Positions 10,474-19,269 of a stretch of 64,000 nucleotides of DNA are shown here, one piece after another (position 1 is the first letter of the stretch; each line of letters opens with the position of its first letter). The DNA is from Clostridiales bacterium (GTDB taxonomy: Bacteria > Bacillota > Clostridia > Acetivibrionales > RGIG10202). The stretch is taken from assembly GCA_017961515.1 (NCBI GenBank), contig JAGCXC010000028.1:6853-70852 (forward strand), read 5' to 3'. The position numbers were made by a program, and so were the translations under genes. The notes under the pieces were generated by a model. That model saw only the letters and a program-made list of their open reading frames with translations, was not told where the DNA came from and ran no database searches.

Positions 10474-10668
10474 ATTACGTTAAACTGGCTTATAATGTGC
10501 AAAATCAAATAGTAAAGAAAATTTTTTGCTGCTGTAACATTTGTCACCAAAATGCTTGCAGAGAGAGCGTTTAGCGACGTTAAATGTTTGTGCTTAGCGT
10601 ACAATTTCGTGATATTGGGCACAAAGGGGCTTGCGTTGGTAATATTTTTGATATATACTATAAGTAAG

Positions 10669-10693
10669 GTGGTTAAAAGTGGTGAAAAGTGGT
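10669..10693 (+). promoter_or_regulatory. MraZ operator-like direct repeats
   Basis: GTGGT occurs at 10669, 10679 and 10689, an exact 10-nt period, immediately upstream of the mraZ start. A candidate promoter, TTGCGT-17-TATACT, lies at 10631..10659. Confidence 0.6.
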
Positions 10694-10701
10694 GATGATT
10701 A

Positions 10702-11133
10702 TTGTTCTGTGGAGAGTATAAAAACACAATAGATTCCAAAGGAAGGATAATAATACCAGCCAAGTTTAGGGAAGAACTTGGAGAGAGATTCATTGTGACA
10801 AAAGGGCTTGACAATTGCTTGTATGGATACTCTCTTAGTGAGTGGAGTAATTTTGAAAAGAAGATAAGAGAGTTACCGCAGACAGATAAGTATGTTAGAA
10901 ATTTCACAAGATTTTTTTTCTCGGGAGCTACTGAATGTGAGGTAGATAAGCAGGGAAGAGTACTTATTCCATCAAACTTAAGAGACTATGCAGAGCTTGG
11001 AAAGAATGTTTACACCATAGGGGTTTCATCTAGATTTGAGATATGGTCAAAAGATAATTGGGAGAATTATGTGTCTGATGATAATATGGATATGGATGAA
11101 ATAGCTAACAAGATGGCGATGCTTGGCATATGA
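10702..11133 (+). CDS. mraZ: Transcriptional regulator MraZ
   Basis: [26 protein letters not shown]...DKQGRVLIP: two SpoVT-AbrB (DxxGR) halves. TTG start. Confidence 0.93.
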   Translation: MFCGEYKNTIDSKGRIIIPAKFREELGERFIVTKGLDNCLYGYSLSEWSNFEKKIRELPQTDKYVRNFTRFFFSGATECEVDKQGRVLIPSNLRDYAELGKNVYTIGVSSRFEIWSKDNWENYVSDDNMDMDEIANKMAMLGI

Positions 11134-11186
11134 CTTAAGAAAATTTCCCAATGATGTATGACAAAAAATAGTAGAAGGTGTGGAGT

Positions 11187-12134
11187 ATGGGTATAACTTT
11201 TAAGCACAAACCGGTTTTACTGGATGAGTGCATTGATAGTTTAAATATAAAAGAAACAGGCATCTATGTAGATGGGACATTAGGAGGAGCAGGACACTCA
11301 CAGGAGATATTAAAGAGGCTAAAGAAGGGAGCAATTCTAGTAGGGATAGATCAAGACCAAAAAGCTTTGAGTGTGGCAAAACAAAGACTTATGAGTTTAA
11401 ATAGTGAAGCTTTAGTGAAGGTTAGCAACACAAATTTTGAGAACATACAAGAGGTCTTGCAAGAGAATGAAATTTATGCAGTGGATGGGATTTTGTTAGA
11501 CATAGGGGTGTCGTCATATCAGCTAGATGAAGGTAGTAGAGGTTTTAGCTATCAAAAAGATGCTCCACTGGACATGAGGATGGACCAAAATAAAGATATG
11601 ACAGCAGAGTACATAGTAAATAATTATAGTGAGCAAGAGTTAAAGAGAGTTATTAGCGAATATGGAGAAGAGAAATGGGCAAGTAGGATAGCAAAATTTA
11701 TAGTAAGTGAAAGAGAAGAAAAATATATAGCTACTACACTTGATTTAGTAAGTATTATAAAGAAAGCAATACCGAAAGGAGCAAGAATAGATGGCCCGCA
11801 TCCAGCAAAGAGAACATTTCAGGCATTAAGAATAGAAGTAAATGATGAGTTGGGTGTGCTAGAGAGAGTTATAGATAAGGCTGTTTCGGTATTAAAACCA
11901 AAAGGGAGACTTGCGATAATAACATTTCATTCACTGGAAGATAGGATAGTTAAGACAAAATTTGCACAGATGAAAAATCCATGTACTTGTCCAAAAGAAT
12001 TTCCGGTGTGTGTATGTGGCAAGAGACCTATAGCAAATGTGATAACAAGAAGGCCCATTATACCAACAAAAGAAGAGATAGAAAAGAATCCGAGGGCCAG
12101 GAGTGCTAAGCTTAGAGTTTTAGAGAAGATATAG
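11187..12134 (+). CDS. rsmH: 16S rRNA (cytosine1402-N4)-methyltransferase
   Basis: [10 protein letters not shown]...[10 protein letters not shown]...DLGVSS-type motifs ([10 protein letters not shown] here). ATG 11187 follows RBS AGAAGGTG. Confidence 0.93.
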   Translation: MGITFKHKPVLLDECIDSLNIKETGIYVDGTLGGAGHSQEILKRLKKGAILVGIDQDQKALSVAKQRLMSLNSEALVKVSNTNFENIQEVLQENEIYAVDGILLDIGVSSYQLDEGSRGFSYQKDAPLDMRMDQNKDMTAEYIVNNYSEQELKRVISEYGEEKWASRIAKFIVSEREEKYIATTLDLVSIIKKAIPKGARIDGPHPAKRTFQALRIEVNDELGVLERVIDKAVSVLKPKGRLAIITFHSLEDRIVKTKFAQMKNPCTCPKEFPVCVCGKRPIANVITRRPIIPTKEEIEKNPRARSAKLRVLEKI

Positions 12135-12161
12135 TCTTTTTGAGAGGGAGGGGATTAGCTT

Positions 12162-12638
12162 ATGATTGATAAGAGACAGTATTACGTACATGGAACAGCT
12201 GTTCGCAAGTTGGATTATGACGTATATGAAGAAAATGAATTATTAAAGAGGAAAGAGCAAGAAAAGAGGAATAATAAACAAAAGAGGAAAATATTGATGC
12301 ATGTTTTTTTATGTTGTGCTTTAGCATTGATTATGATGTATAGATATTCGGTATTAACAGAGATGAATTACAATATGAGTAAAGTTCTAAAAGAGTATGA
12401 GCAAATAAAAAATAGCAATATAGCTTTAAGGGTGTCAATAGAAAAAGAAGAAAATCTTTTCAAAGTGAAGGAACAAGCAAAGACAAAATTAAATATGAGC
12501 ACAATAGATAAAAGCCAGATTGTATATGTGAAAGTGCCTACGAGTGATTTTGTTAAGTATACTGATGCACAGGATGAAAAAAGCGGTATAGTGAAGGTTA
12601 TGACCCAAAAAATAGAAAACATCAAAAGATATCTCTGA
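12162..12638 (+). CDS. ftsL: Cell division protein FtsL-like (septum formation initiator family)
   Basis: Sits directly after rsmH. YVHGTAVRKL N-terminus, a single TM helix (VFLCCALALIMMY), then a coiled-coil ectodomain. Confidence 0.6.
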   Translation: MIDKRQYYVHGTAVRKLDYDVYEENELLKRKEQEKRNNKQKRKILMHVFLCCALALIMMYRYSVLTEMNYNMSKVLKEYEQIKNSNIALRVSIEKEENLFKVKEQAKTKLNMSTIDKSQIVYVKVPTSDFVKYTDAQDEKSGIVKVMTQKIENIKRYL

Positions 12639-12750
12639 TTTCAAATTGAAAGTCAAATCCTATACATTTCCTTTTTTGATGTTAAAGTCTTACGTATCCA
12701 GTATGCTATAATAATATTGTGATGATTCCTGTTGCACCAAGTGACAAGGA

Positions 12751-13446
12751 GTGTTTTTGTGTTATAAAATTCCTCTCAAAACAGAAAAAAATAAATTAAA
12801 AAATCCTGGAGTATATGTATTTATAGGTATATACAGGGTTTGTTATGTAGGTATTAAGAAAGCGAAAAATATTTTTATTGAAAAAGAAGCAACCAGAGAA
12901 GTAATAGATTTACTGTTAGATTGTGGTGCAAGTGCTAGTATAACAGATATGGCTGGAATGACAGCCTTAATGTATGCAGGTGAAAACAATATATCTGAAG
13001 ATGTAATAAAGTTATTACTAGATAGAGGTTCTAAGGTTGATGAGAAGAATAAATATGGAATGACACCATTGTTTTACGCAAGTGGAAATAATAGCTCTCA
13101 AAAGGTAGTAGAGTTATTGTTAGATATAGGAGCTAATCCTAATGAAAAGGATATAGATGGGAGAACAGCACTAATGTAAGCATGTAAAGAAGAAGCACCT
13201 AAAGAAACCATAGAATTGTTATTGAAAAGAGGAGCTAATCCTAGTGCAAAGGATAAAGGTGGATATACTACAAATGATTATGCTAAACCACATAAGAGCG
13301 TGAAATATAAAGAAGTAGAAAGATTATTAAAAGAATATAAAGAAAAGAGAAATTCTATAGGGCAAAAAGTAAAAAGGGAGAACAGTATTTCGCAAGCTGG
13401 ACCAAGTACTAAAAGGAAGCATATAGATAGGGAAAGACATGTGTAA
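12751..13446 (+). pseudogene. Ankyrin-repeat gene disrupted by an in-frame TAA
   Basis: ORFs 12751..13179 and 13216..13446 share a frame. The TAA at 13177..13179 replaces the Tyr of the repeat motif (GRTALM*ACKEE versus MTALMYAG and MTPLFYAS upstream). RBS AAGGAG precedes the GTG at 12751. Confidence 0.75.
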
Positions 13447-13683
13447 ACGTTATATTTATAAGAAATTTGTTGAAAAATATATTGACTAATAATAATTGGT
13501 GTGATAGTATTTAGCGAGAGGGTTCGATTTGGATGAGCGAAATATGTGTCTTAAGTAGGGGAAAATTTAACTCGGTGATAAGCTTTGATGAAAAAAAGAG
13601 GGGCTTATACCGAGGAATTGTCTGTATTTAAAGTATTAAAAAAACAAAGTTTTGGCAAAGGAAAATCGCATGGTGGTGAAAAA

Positions 13684-15456
13684 ATGAGTAGGTACATTGC
13701 TGACCATTTAGTAGAGGAAATAATAAGAGCGAATGATATTGTGGATGTTGTGTCTACGTATGTCAAGTTAGAGAAGAAAGGGAAATATATGTTTGGCTTG
13801 TGCCCTTTCCACAGAGAGAAGACTGCATCTTTTTCTGTTACAGGCCCTAAGCAAATGTATTATTGCTATTCATGTGGACGAGGTGGCAATGTAGTAAATT
13901 TTATAAAGGATATAGAAAATTTGGATTTCATAGATGCGATTGAGTTTTTGGCTAATAGAGTTAATATAACAATACCAGACACTGTGAATATAGGAGATAT
14001 AAAGCTTAGTAATCTAAAGAAAGAACTTAGTAATTTAAATAAAGTTGCGGCGAAGTTTTATTATGGTGTGTTGCATTCTGATGAAGGAACAGAGGCTAAA
14101 GAGTACTTGGATAAAAGAGGGCTTAGTGAGGGCACATTAAGAAAATTTGGTTTAGGGTATTCTAGTAATGAGTGGGATGATTTGTATCAGAGTGTTAAGA
14201 ATGAGTTTAGTGGTGAAGCTTTGGAGAAAAGTGGCTTGTTTTTAAAAAACAAGAATGGAAGTGTGTATGACAGATTTAGGGGCAGAGTTATGTTCCCAAT
14301 ATTTAATGTTATGGGTGATGTCATTGCTTTTGGAGGAAGGATAATAGCAGATGGCGAGCCTAAGTATTTGAATTCACCAGAGACAGTGATATATTCAAAA
14401 AGAAAAAATTTGTATGCATTAAATTTTGCAAAGAAATACAGCAAAGAAAGTTTGATAATAGTGGAAGGGTATATGGATGCGGTGTCGCTTCATCAAGCTG
14501 GAGTGAAGAATGCAGTTGCATCACTTGGGACAGCGTTTACAGAGGATCAAGCAAGATTGGTTAAAAAATATACAGAGGAAGTTGTTATTGCGTATGACAT
14601 GGATATGGCAGGAAGGAAGGCGACAGAGAGAGCGATAAAAGTGCTAGAGGGCGCAGGCATAAGAGTAAAGATTTTGAGTATCCCACAAGGAAAAGACCCA
14701 GATGAATTTATCAAAAATTATGGCAAGGATGTATTCAACAATTTAGTAGATGATGCCAGTATAGCTTTTGAGTACAGAGTTAATAAGCTAAGAGAAGAAG
14801 TAGATATCGCGAGCGTTGATGGTAAGATAAAGTTTTTAAATTCCGTGGCAGAGATATTGTCGGGTGTATATAACAATCTCGAAAGAGATGTTTATATAAA
14901 TAAAATAGCTAAGGATTATGATGTATCACAGGAATCAATATTAAAGGAACTAAAAAGGATTAGTAAAAAAGGTGACAAAGATAATTCAGGGCTTATTGTA
15001 AATAATAACAGAATAGGAATTGCTAAAAAGGAAAATGATGTAGCTCATTATGAGAAGTTAATCCTTATAATGTTGGCCAATAACAATAGTTTGTATTGGA
15101 AAATGGAAAAATATCTAAAGGAAATAACAGTACATGATGAGAAGATTGATTACATGCTTTTTGAGGTTATCGAAAGAATAAAAAATAAAGAAGGTGTCGC
15201 TTTAAATGAGATACTCGGCGCATTAGATGATGTTGATGCAGGAGAGCTTGTTAGGATGAGCGAAGAGGAATGTAATTTCGAGAATAATGAAAAAGCAATT
15301 TTGGACATAATAAATAAAATAAGAATTGCCAGTTTAATGGAGAGGCAGCGTGATATAATACAAAAATTAAGTAGTGAAGATAGGAAAAAAGATGAAGAGG
15401 TACTAAAACATGACTTGATGGAAGTCATGGCTAGTTTAAAAAAACTGAAAAATTAA
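13684..15456 (+). CDS. dnaG: DNA primase
   Basis: Zinc finger CPFHREKTASFSV...YYCYSCGRGG, then a TOPRIM region (IVEGYMD...AYDMDMAG). ATG 13684 follows GGTGGTGA; the track start at 13585 is probably too long. Confidence 0.93.
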   Translation: MSRYIADHLVEEIIRANDIVDVVSTYVKLEKKGKYMFGLCPFHREKTASFSVTGPKQMYYCYSCGRGGNVVNFIKDIENLDFIDAIEFLANRVNITIPDTVNIGDIKLSNLKKELSNLNKVAAKFYYGVLHSDEGTEAKEYLDKRGLSEGTLRKFGLGYSSNEWDDLYQSVKNEFSGEALEKSGLFLKNKNGSVYDRFRGRVMFPIFNVMGDVIAFGGRIIADGEPKYLNSPETVIYSKRKNLYALNFAKKYSKESLIIVEGYMDAVSLHQAGVKNAVASLGTAFTEDQARLVKKYTEEVVIAYDMDMAGRKATERAIKVLEGAGIRVKILSIPQGKDPDEFIKNYGKDVFNNLVDDASIAFEYRVNKLREEVDIASVDGKIKFLNSVAEILSGVYNNLERDVYINKIAKDYDVSQESILKELKRISKKGDKDNSGLIVNNNRIGIAKKENDVAHYEKLILIMLANNNSLYWKMEKYLKEITVHDEKIDYMLFEVIERIKNKEGVALNEILGALDDVDAGELVRMSEEECNFENNEKAILDIINKIRIASLMERQRDIIQKLSSEDRKKDEEVLKHDLMEVMASLKKLKN

Positions 15457-15480
15457 GATATGAAATAGGGGGGTATTAAG

Positions 15481-16752
15481 TTGTCAAAACCCATTAAAGG
15501 ATTAAAAACAAATGATATGAAAAAAATAGCTAAGGAACTAATAAAAAAGGGTCAGGAAAAAGGTGCACTTACTTATAGTGAAATTGAAACAGCTTTTGAG
15601 GACGTTGATATTAGTGCAGAAAATATAGAAAAAGTCTATGAAACATTTGAAGCATTAGGAATTGAATTAGTAGGAGATGATAAAAGGAAGGATACGGTTG
15701 ATAATGAAGTAGATGACGAAATAGATTATGATGATATAGACGTTGATGATATAAGTGTCGAACATTCAAGTGAAGAGGATTTAGAAGAGGTAGACATTGA
15801 TGATGATAGTTTAGATGTTGATAGTAGTATTGATGATATTAAAGATGAGGATCAAGACGATGATGAAAATAATTCAGATGACGATGATGATTTGTATGAT
15901 TTAACTGTGCCAGATGGTATTAGTATGGATGATCCAGTCAGGATGTACTTAAAAGAGATAGGGAAAGTACATCTTTTAAGTGCGGAGGAAGAGGTAGAGC
16001 TTGCACAGAAAATGGAAGAAGGAGATGTTGCGGCCAAGAAAAGGTTAGCTGAAGCAAACTTAAGGCTTGTGGTAAGTATTGCGAAGAGATATGTGGGAAG
16101 AGGAATGTTGTTTTTAGATTTGATACAAGAAGGTAACTTGGGACTGATAAAGGCTGTAGAGAAGTTTGACTACAGAAAAGGGTACAAGTTTAGTACATAT
16201 GCTACGTGGTGGATAAGACAAGCGATAACTCGTGCTATAGCGGATCAAGCAAGAACAATAAGAATACCTGTACACATGGTTGAGACTATAAATAAATTAA
16301 TAAGAGTATCTAGACAGTTGTTACAAGAATTAGGTAGGGAACCTACTCCAGAAGAAATTTCAGTTGAGATGGAGATGTCAGTTGAGAAGGTTAGGGAGAT
16401 AATGAAAATTTCTCAAGAACCGGTATCATTGGAGACACCAATAGGTGAAGAAGAGGACAGCCATCTAGGAGACTTTATACCAGACGACGAAGTTCCTGCA
16501 CCAGCTGAAGCAGCAGCTAATACTCTTCTTAAGGAACATTTAATGGAAGTTTTAGATACATTAACTCCTCGTGAAGAGAAAGTATTGCGTTTGCGTTTTG
16601 GAATGGATGATGATAGAGCAAGAACACTAGAGGAAGTAGGAAAAGAATTTAATGTAACTAGGGAGAGAATAAGGCAGATAGAGGCAAAAGCGTTGAGGAA
16701 ATTGAGGCATCCTAGTAGAAGTAAAAAATTGAAAGATTACCTTGATGAATAA
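15481..16752 (+). CDS. sigA: Primary RNA polymerase sigma factor
   Basis: Regions 2-4 are recognisable ([47 protein letters not shown]). A very acidic tract of about 90 aa separates regions 1.1 and 1.2. Confidence 0.95.
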   Translation: MSKPIKGLKTNDMKKIAKELIKKGQEKGALTYSEIETAFEDVDISAENIEKVYETFEALGIELVGDDKRKDTVDNEVDDEIDYDDIDVDDISVEHSSEEDLEEVDIDDDSLDVDSSIDDIKDEDQDDDENNSDDDDDLYDLTVPDGISMDDPVRMYLKEIGKVHLLSAEEEVELAQKMEEGDVAAKKRLAEANLRLVVSIAKRYVGRGMLFLDLIQEGNLGLIKAVEKFDYRKGYKFSTYATWWIRQAITRAIADQARTIRIPVHMVETINKLIRVSRQLLQELGREPTPEEISVEMEMSVEKVREIMKISQEPVSLETPIGEEEDSHLGDFIPDDEVPAPAEAAANTLLKEHLMEVLDTLTPREEKVLRLRFGMDDDRARTLEEVGKEFNVTRERIRQIEAKALRKLRHPSRSKKLKDYLDE

Positions 16753-16823
16753 TATTTTTTGACTTTTTTTGAAAAATGTGCCATAAAAGGGTAGTAAGTT
16801 ATTGCATGGGAGGTAGAAGCTTG

Positions 16824-17243
16824 ATGAAGTGCGTTATAGATGATGAAAATAAATTAATGAAGATTTTTTTGAATGTGATGACTAAAGAGAGCAAGTTAAA
16901 AGAGTTTATAGCATGTTGTGGAGATGTCAATTGCAAAGATGATTTAGGTAGAACTATGCTACATTATGCGGTTTTAAAGGAGAATTTGATTGCAGTAGGA
17001 ATTTTGATAGAATCGAACGCTAATGTAAATGAGGTAGATAATGATTTAAGATCGCCAATGCATTACGCGGCAGTTATTGGGAATAAAAGTATTGTGAAAT
17101 ATCTAATAAAGCATACAAATGTGGTATATGCACAGGATTTGTATGGACAAACTCCTGAATGTTTGGCTAAATGGAGAGGCAACATAGGAATATTTAATAT
17201 GATAAAAGTTTGTAGGAAAAATATAAATGTTAAAGCAAGTTAG
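16824..17243 (+). CDS. Small ankyrin-repeat protein (139 aa)
   Basis: GRTMLHYAVLKENLIAVGILIESNANVNEVD, RSPMHYAAVIGNKSIVKYLIKH and GQTPECLA repeats. RBS GGGAGGT precedes ATG 16824. Confidence 0.8.
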   Translation: MKCVIDDENKLMKIFLNVMTKESKLKEFIACCGDVNCKDDLGRTMLHYAVLKENLIAVGILIESNANVNEVDNDLRSPMHYAAVIGNKSIVKYLIKHTNVVYAQDLYGQTPECLAKWRGNIGIFNMIKVCRKNINVKAS

Positions 17244-17284
17244 TTTAAAAATAAGGTGATTGATGTAGGAGTGAGAGGTGAAAA

Positions 17285-19252
17285 ATGAATAATAGACAAT
17301 ATGATAATGAGAGTATATCATCACTAAAAGGAGCGGATAGAGTAAGGTTAAGACCTGGGGTTATATTTGGGTCAGATGGAATGGAGGGATGCAAACATTC
17401 ATTCTTCGAGATATTGTCTAACTCTATTGATGAAGCGAGAGAGGGCTATGGTAGATTAATAGAGGTTACTAGATATAAAGACAATTCGTTGAAGGTAAGA
17501 GATTATGGTAGAGGCATACCGTTAGAGTATAATGAGGGCGAGAAAAGATACAATTGGGAGTTAATATTTTGTGAATTATATGCGGGAGGTAAATATAAAA
17601 ATAATACAGGACAAAACTATGAGTATAGCTTAGGGCTTAATGGTTTAGGTGCTTGTGCTACGCAATATAGTTCAGAATATATGGATGTTTTGGTAACGCG
17701 TGATGGCTATGATTACGAGTTACATTTCAAAAAAGGAGAGAATGAGGGTGGTCTAAAAAAGACACCAGCAAGTGGATCTGTAACAGGCACAACAATAACA
17801 TGGAAACCAGATTTGGATGTTTTTACAGATATAAACATTCCTACCGAGTATTTGCAGGATGTGATAAAAAAGCAAGCGGTAGTCAATAGTGGAATAACAT
17901 TTAAGCTGTACGATTATGAAACAGACCAAGAGTTTGAGTATTATTATGAGAATGGTATTGTGGACTACGTAAAAGAAAAGGCAGAGGATAAAAACTTTAG
18001 TAGTGTACAGTACATAAAGACAAAGACTCAGGGAAGAGATAGAAAAGATAAGCCTGAGTATAAGTTAAAGATGGAGATAGCGTTTTGTTTTAGCAATCAA
18101 TTAAGTAGTGTAGAGTATTACCATAATTCAAGTTTTCTAGAGCATGGTGGGGCGCCAGACAAGGCTATAAAGACTGCTTTTGTGTACGAGATAGATAAAT
18201 TTTTAAAAGACAGTGGTAGATACAATAAAGACGAAGCGCGAATAACTTATAACGATGTATATGACAGTTTGATACTAGTAACAAATTCGTTTTCTACTGA
18301 AACAAGTTATGAGAATCAGACGAAAAAGTCTATTACAAATAGATTTATACAAGAGGCTATGACTGATTTTGTTAAAGAACAGTTAGAGATTTATTTTATA
18401 GAGAATAAGTTAGAGAGTGATCGAATATTAGATCAAATATTGGTGAATAAGAGAAGTAGAGAGTCGGCAGAAAAGACAAGAGTTAACATAAAGAAAAAGT
18501 TATCGGGTAATATTGATATCGCAAACAGAGTTAAGAAGTTTGTTAATTGTAGAAGTAAGGATGTAGAAAAACGTGAGCTTTACATAGTGGAGGGAGATTC
18601 TGCGCTGGGATCTTGTAAGCTTGGTAGAAATGCAGACTTCCAGGCAATAATGGCTGTTAGAGGGAAAATATTAAATTGCTTAAAGGCTGATATAGATACA
18701 ATATTTAAGAGTGAAATAATAGTTGATCTACTAAGAGTGTTGGGTTGTGGAGTGGAGATAAAGTCTAAGAACAATAAAGAATTTAACAATTTTAACTTAA
18801 ATAATCTAAAGTGGTCAAAGGTGATAATATGTACCGATGCGGACGTAGATGGATTCCAGATAAGAACATTGATATTGGCGATGTTTTATAAAGTGATGCC
18901 AACACTGTTACAGGAGGGGAAGGTATATATAGCAGAATCACCGTTGTTTGAAATTACAACTAAGGATAAGACTTGTTTTGCTTATACTGAATATGAGAAG
19001 AGCATGATATTGTCTGGGATAAAAGGTAAGTATACATTGCAAAGGTCTAAGGGATTAGGTGAAAATGAGCCGCAGATGATGTGGGAGACTACAATGAATC
19101 CTGAAACTAGAAGGCTTATAAAGGTATTGCCAGATGATGTATTTAATACCGAATATTATTTTGATTTATTGTTAGGAGAGAACTTAGCAGGAAGAAAAGC
19201 GTTTATAGAAGAGAATGGATACAAGTATCTTGATAATATAGATGTAAGTTAA
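17285..19252 (+). CDS. parE: Type IIA DNA topoisomerase subunit B (topoisomerase IV ParE-like)
   Basis: GHKL ATPase N-terminus (LKGADRVRLRPGVIFGS, LGLNGLGA), TOPRIM (LYIVEGDSA, CTDADVDG) and QRSKGLGE. Confidence 0.8.
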   Translation: MNNRQYDNESISSLKGADRVRLRPGVIFGSDGMEGCKHSFFEILSNSIDEAREGYGRLIEVTRYKDNSLKVRDYGRGIPLEYNEGEKRYNWELIFCELYAGGKYKNNTGQNYEYSLGLNGLGACATQYSSEYMDVLVTRDGYDYELHFKKGENEGGLKKTPASGSVTGTTITWKPDLDVFTDINIPTEYLQDVIKKQAVVNSGITFKLYDYETDQEFEYYYENGIVDYVKEKAEDKNFSSVQYIKTKTQGRDRKDKPEYKLKMEIAFCFSNQLSSVEYYHNSSFLEHGGAPDKAIKTAFVYEIDKFLKDSGRYNKDEARITYNDVYDSLILVTNSFSTETSYENQTKKSITNRFIQEAMTDFVKEQLEIYFIENKLESDRILDQILVNKRSRESAEKTRVNIKKKLSGNIDIANRVKKFVNCRSKDVEKRELYIVEGDSALGSCKLGRNADFQAIMAVRGKILNCLKADIDTIFKSEIIVDLLRVLGCGVEIKSKNNKEFNNFNLNNLKWSKVIICTDADVDGFQIRTLILAMFYKVMPTLLQEGKVYIAESPLFEITTKDKTCFAYTEYEKSMILSGIKGKYTLQRSKGLGENEPQMMWETTMNPETRRLIKVLPDDVFNTEYYFDLLLGENLAGRKAFIEENGYKYLDNIDVS

Positions 19253-19269
19253 AACTATGGAGGAGTAGA

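Noticed and set aside
10470-10907. 145-aa minus-strand ORF overlapping the mraZ start and its operator
   Set aside because: It conflicts with the canonical mraZ and its upstream repeats, and its translation is low-complexity.
13177-13179. The in-frame TAA in the ankyrin gene as programmed readthrough or recoding
   Set aside because: I saw no recoding signals. A one-base change from a Tyr codon explains it, so pseudogenisation or a sequencing error is more parsimonious.
13447-13683. The 170-nt leader upstream of dnaG with a 35-codon ORF (ATG 13533) as a possible riboswitch or leader peptide
   Set aside because: I recognised no conserved riboswitch motifs, and the mini-ORF has only a marginal RBS. 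The evidence is insufficient to call.
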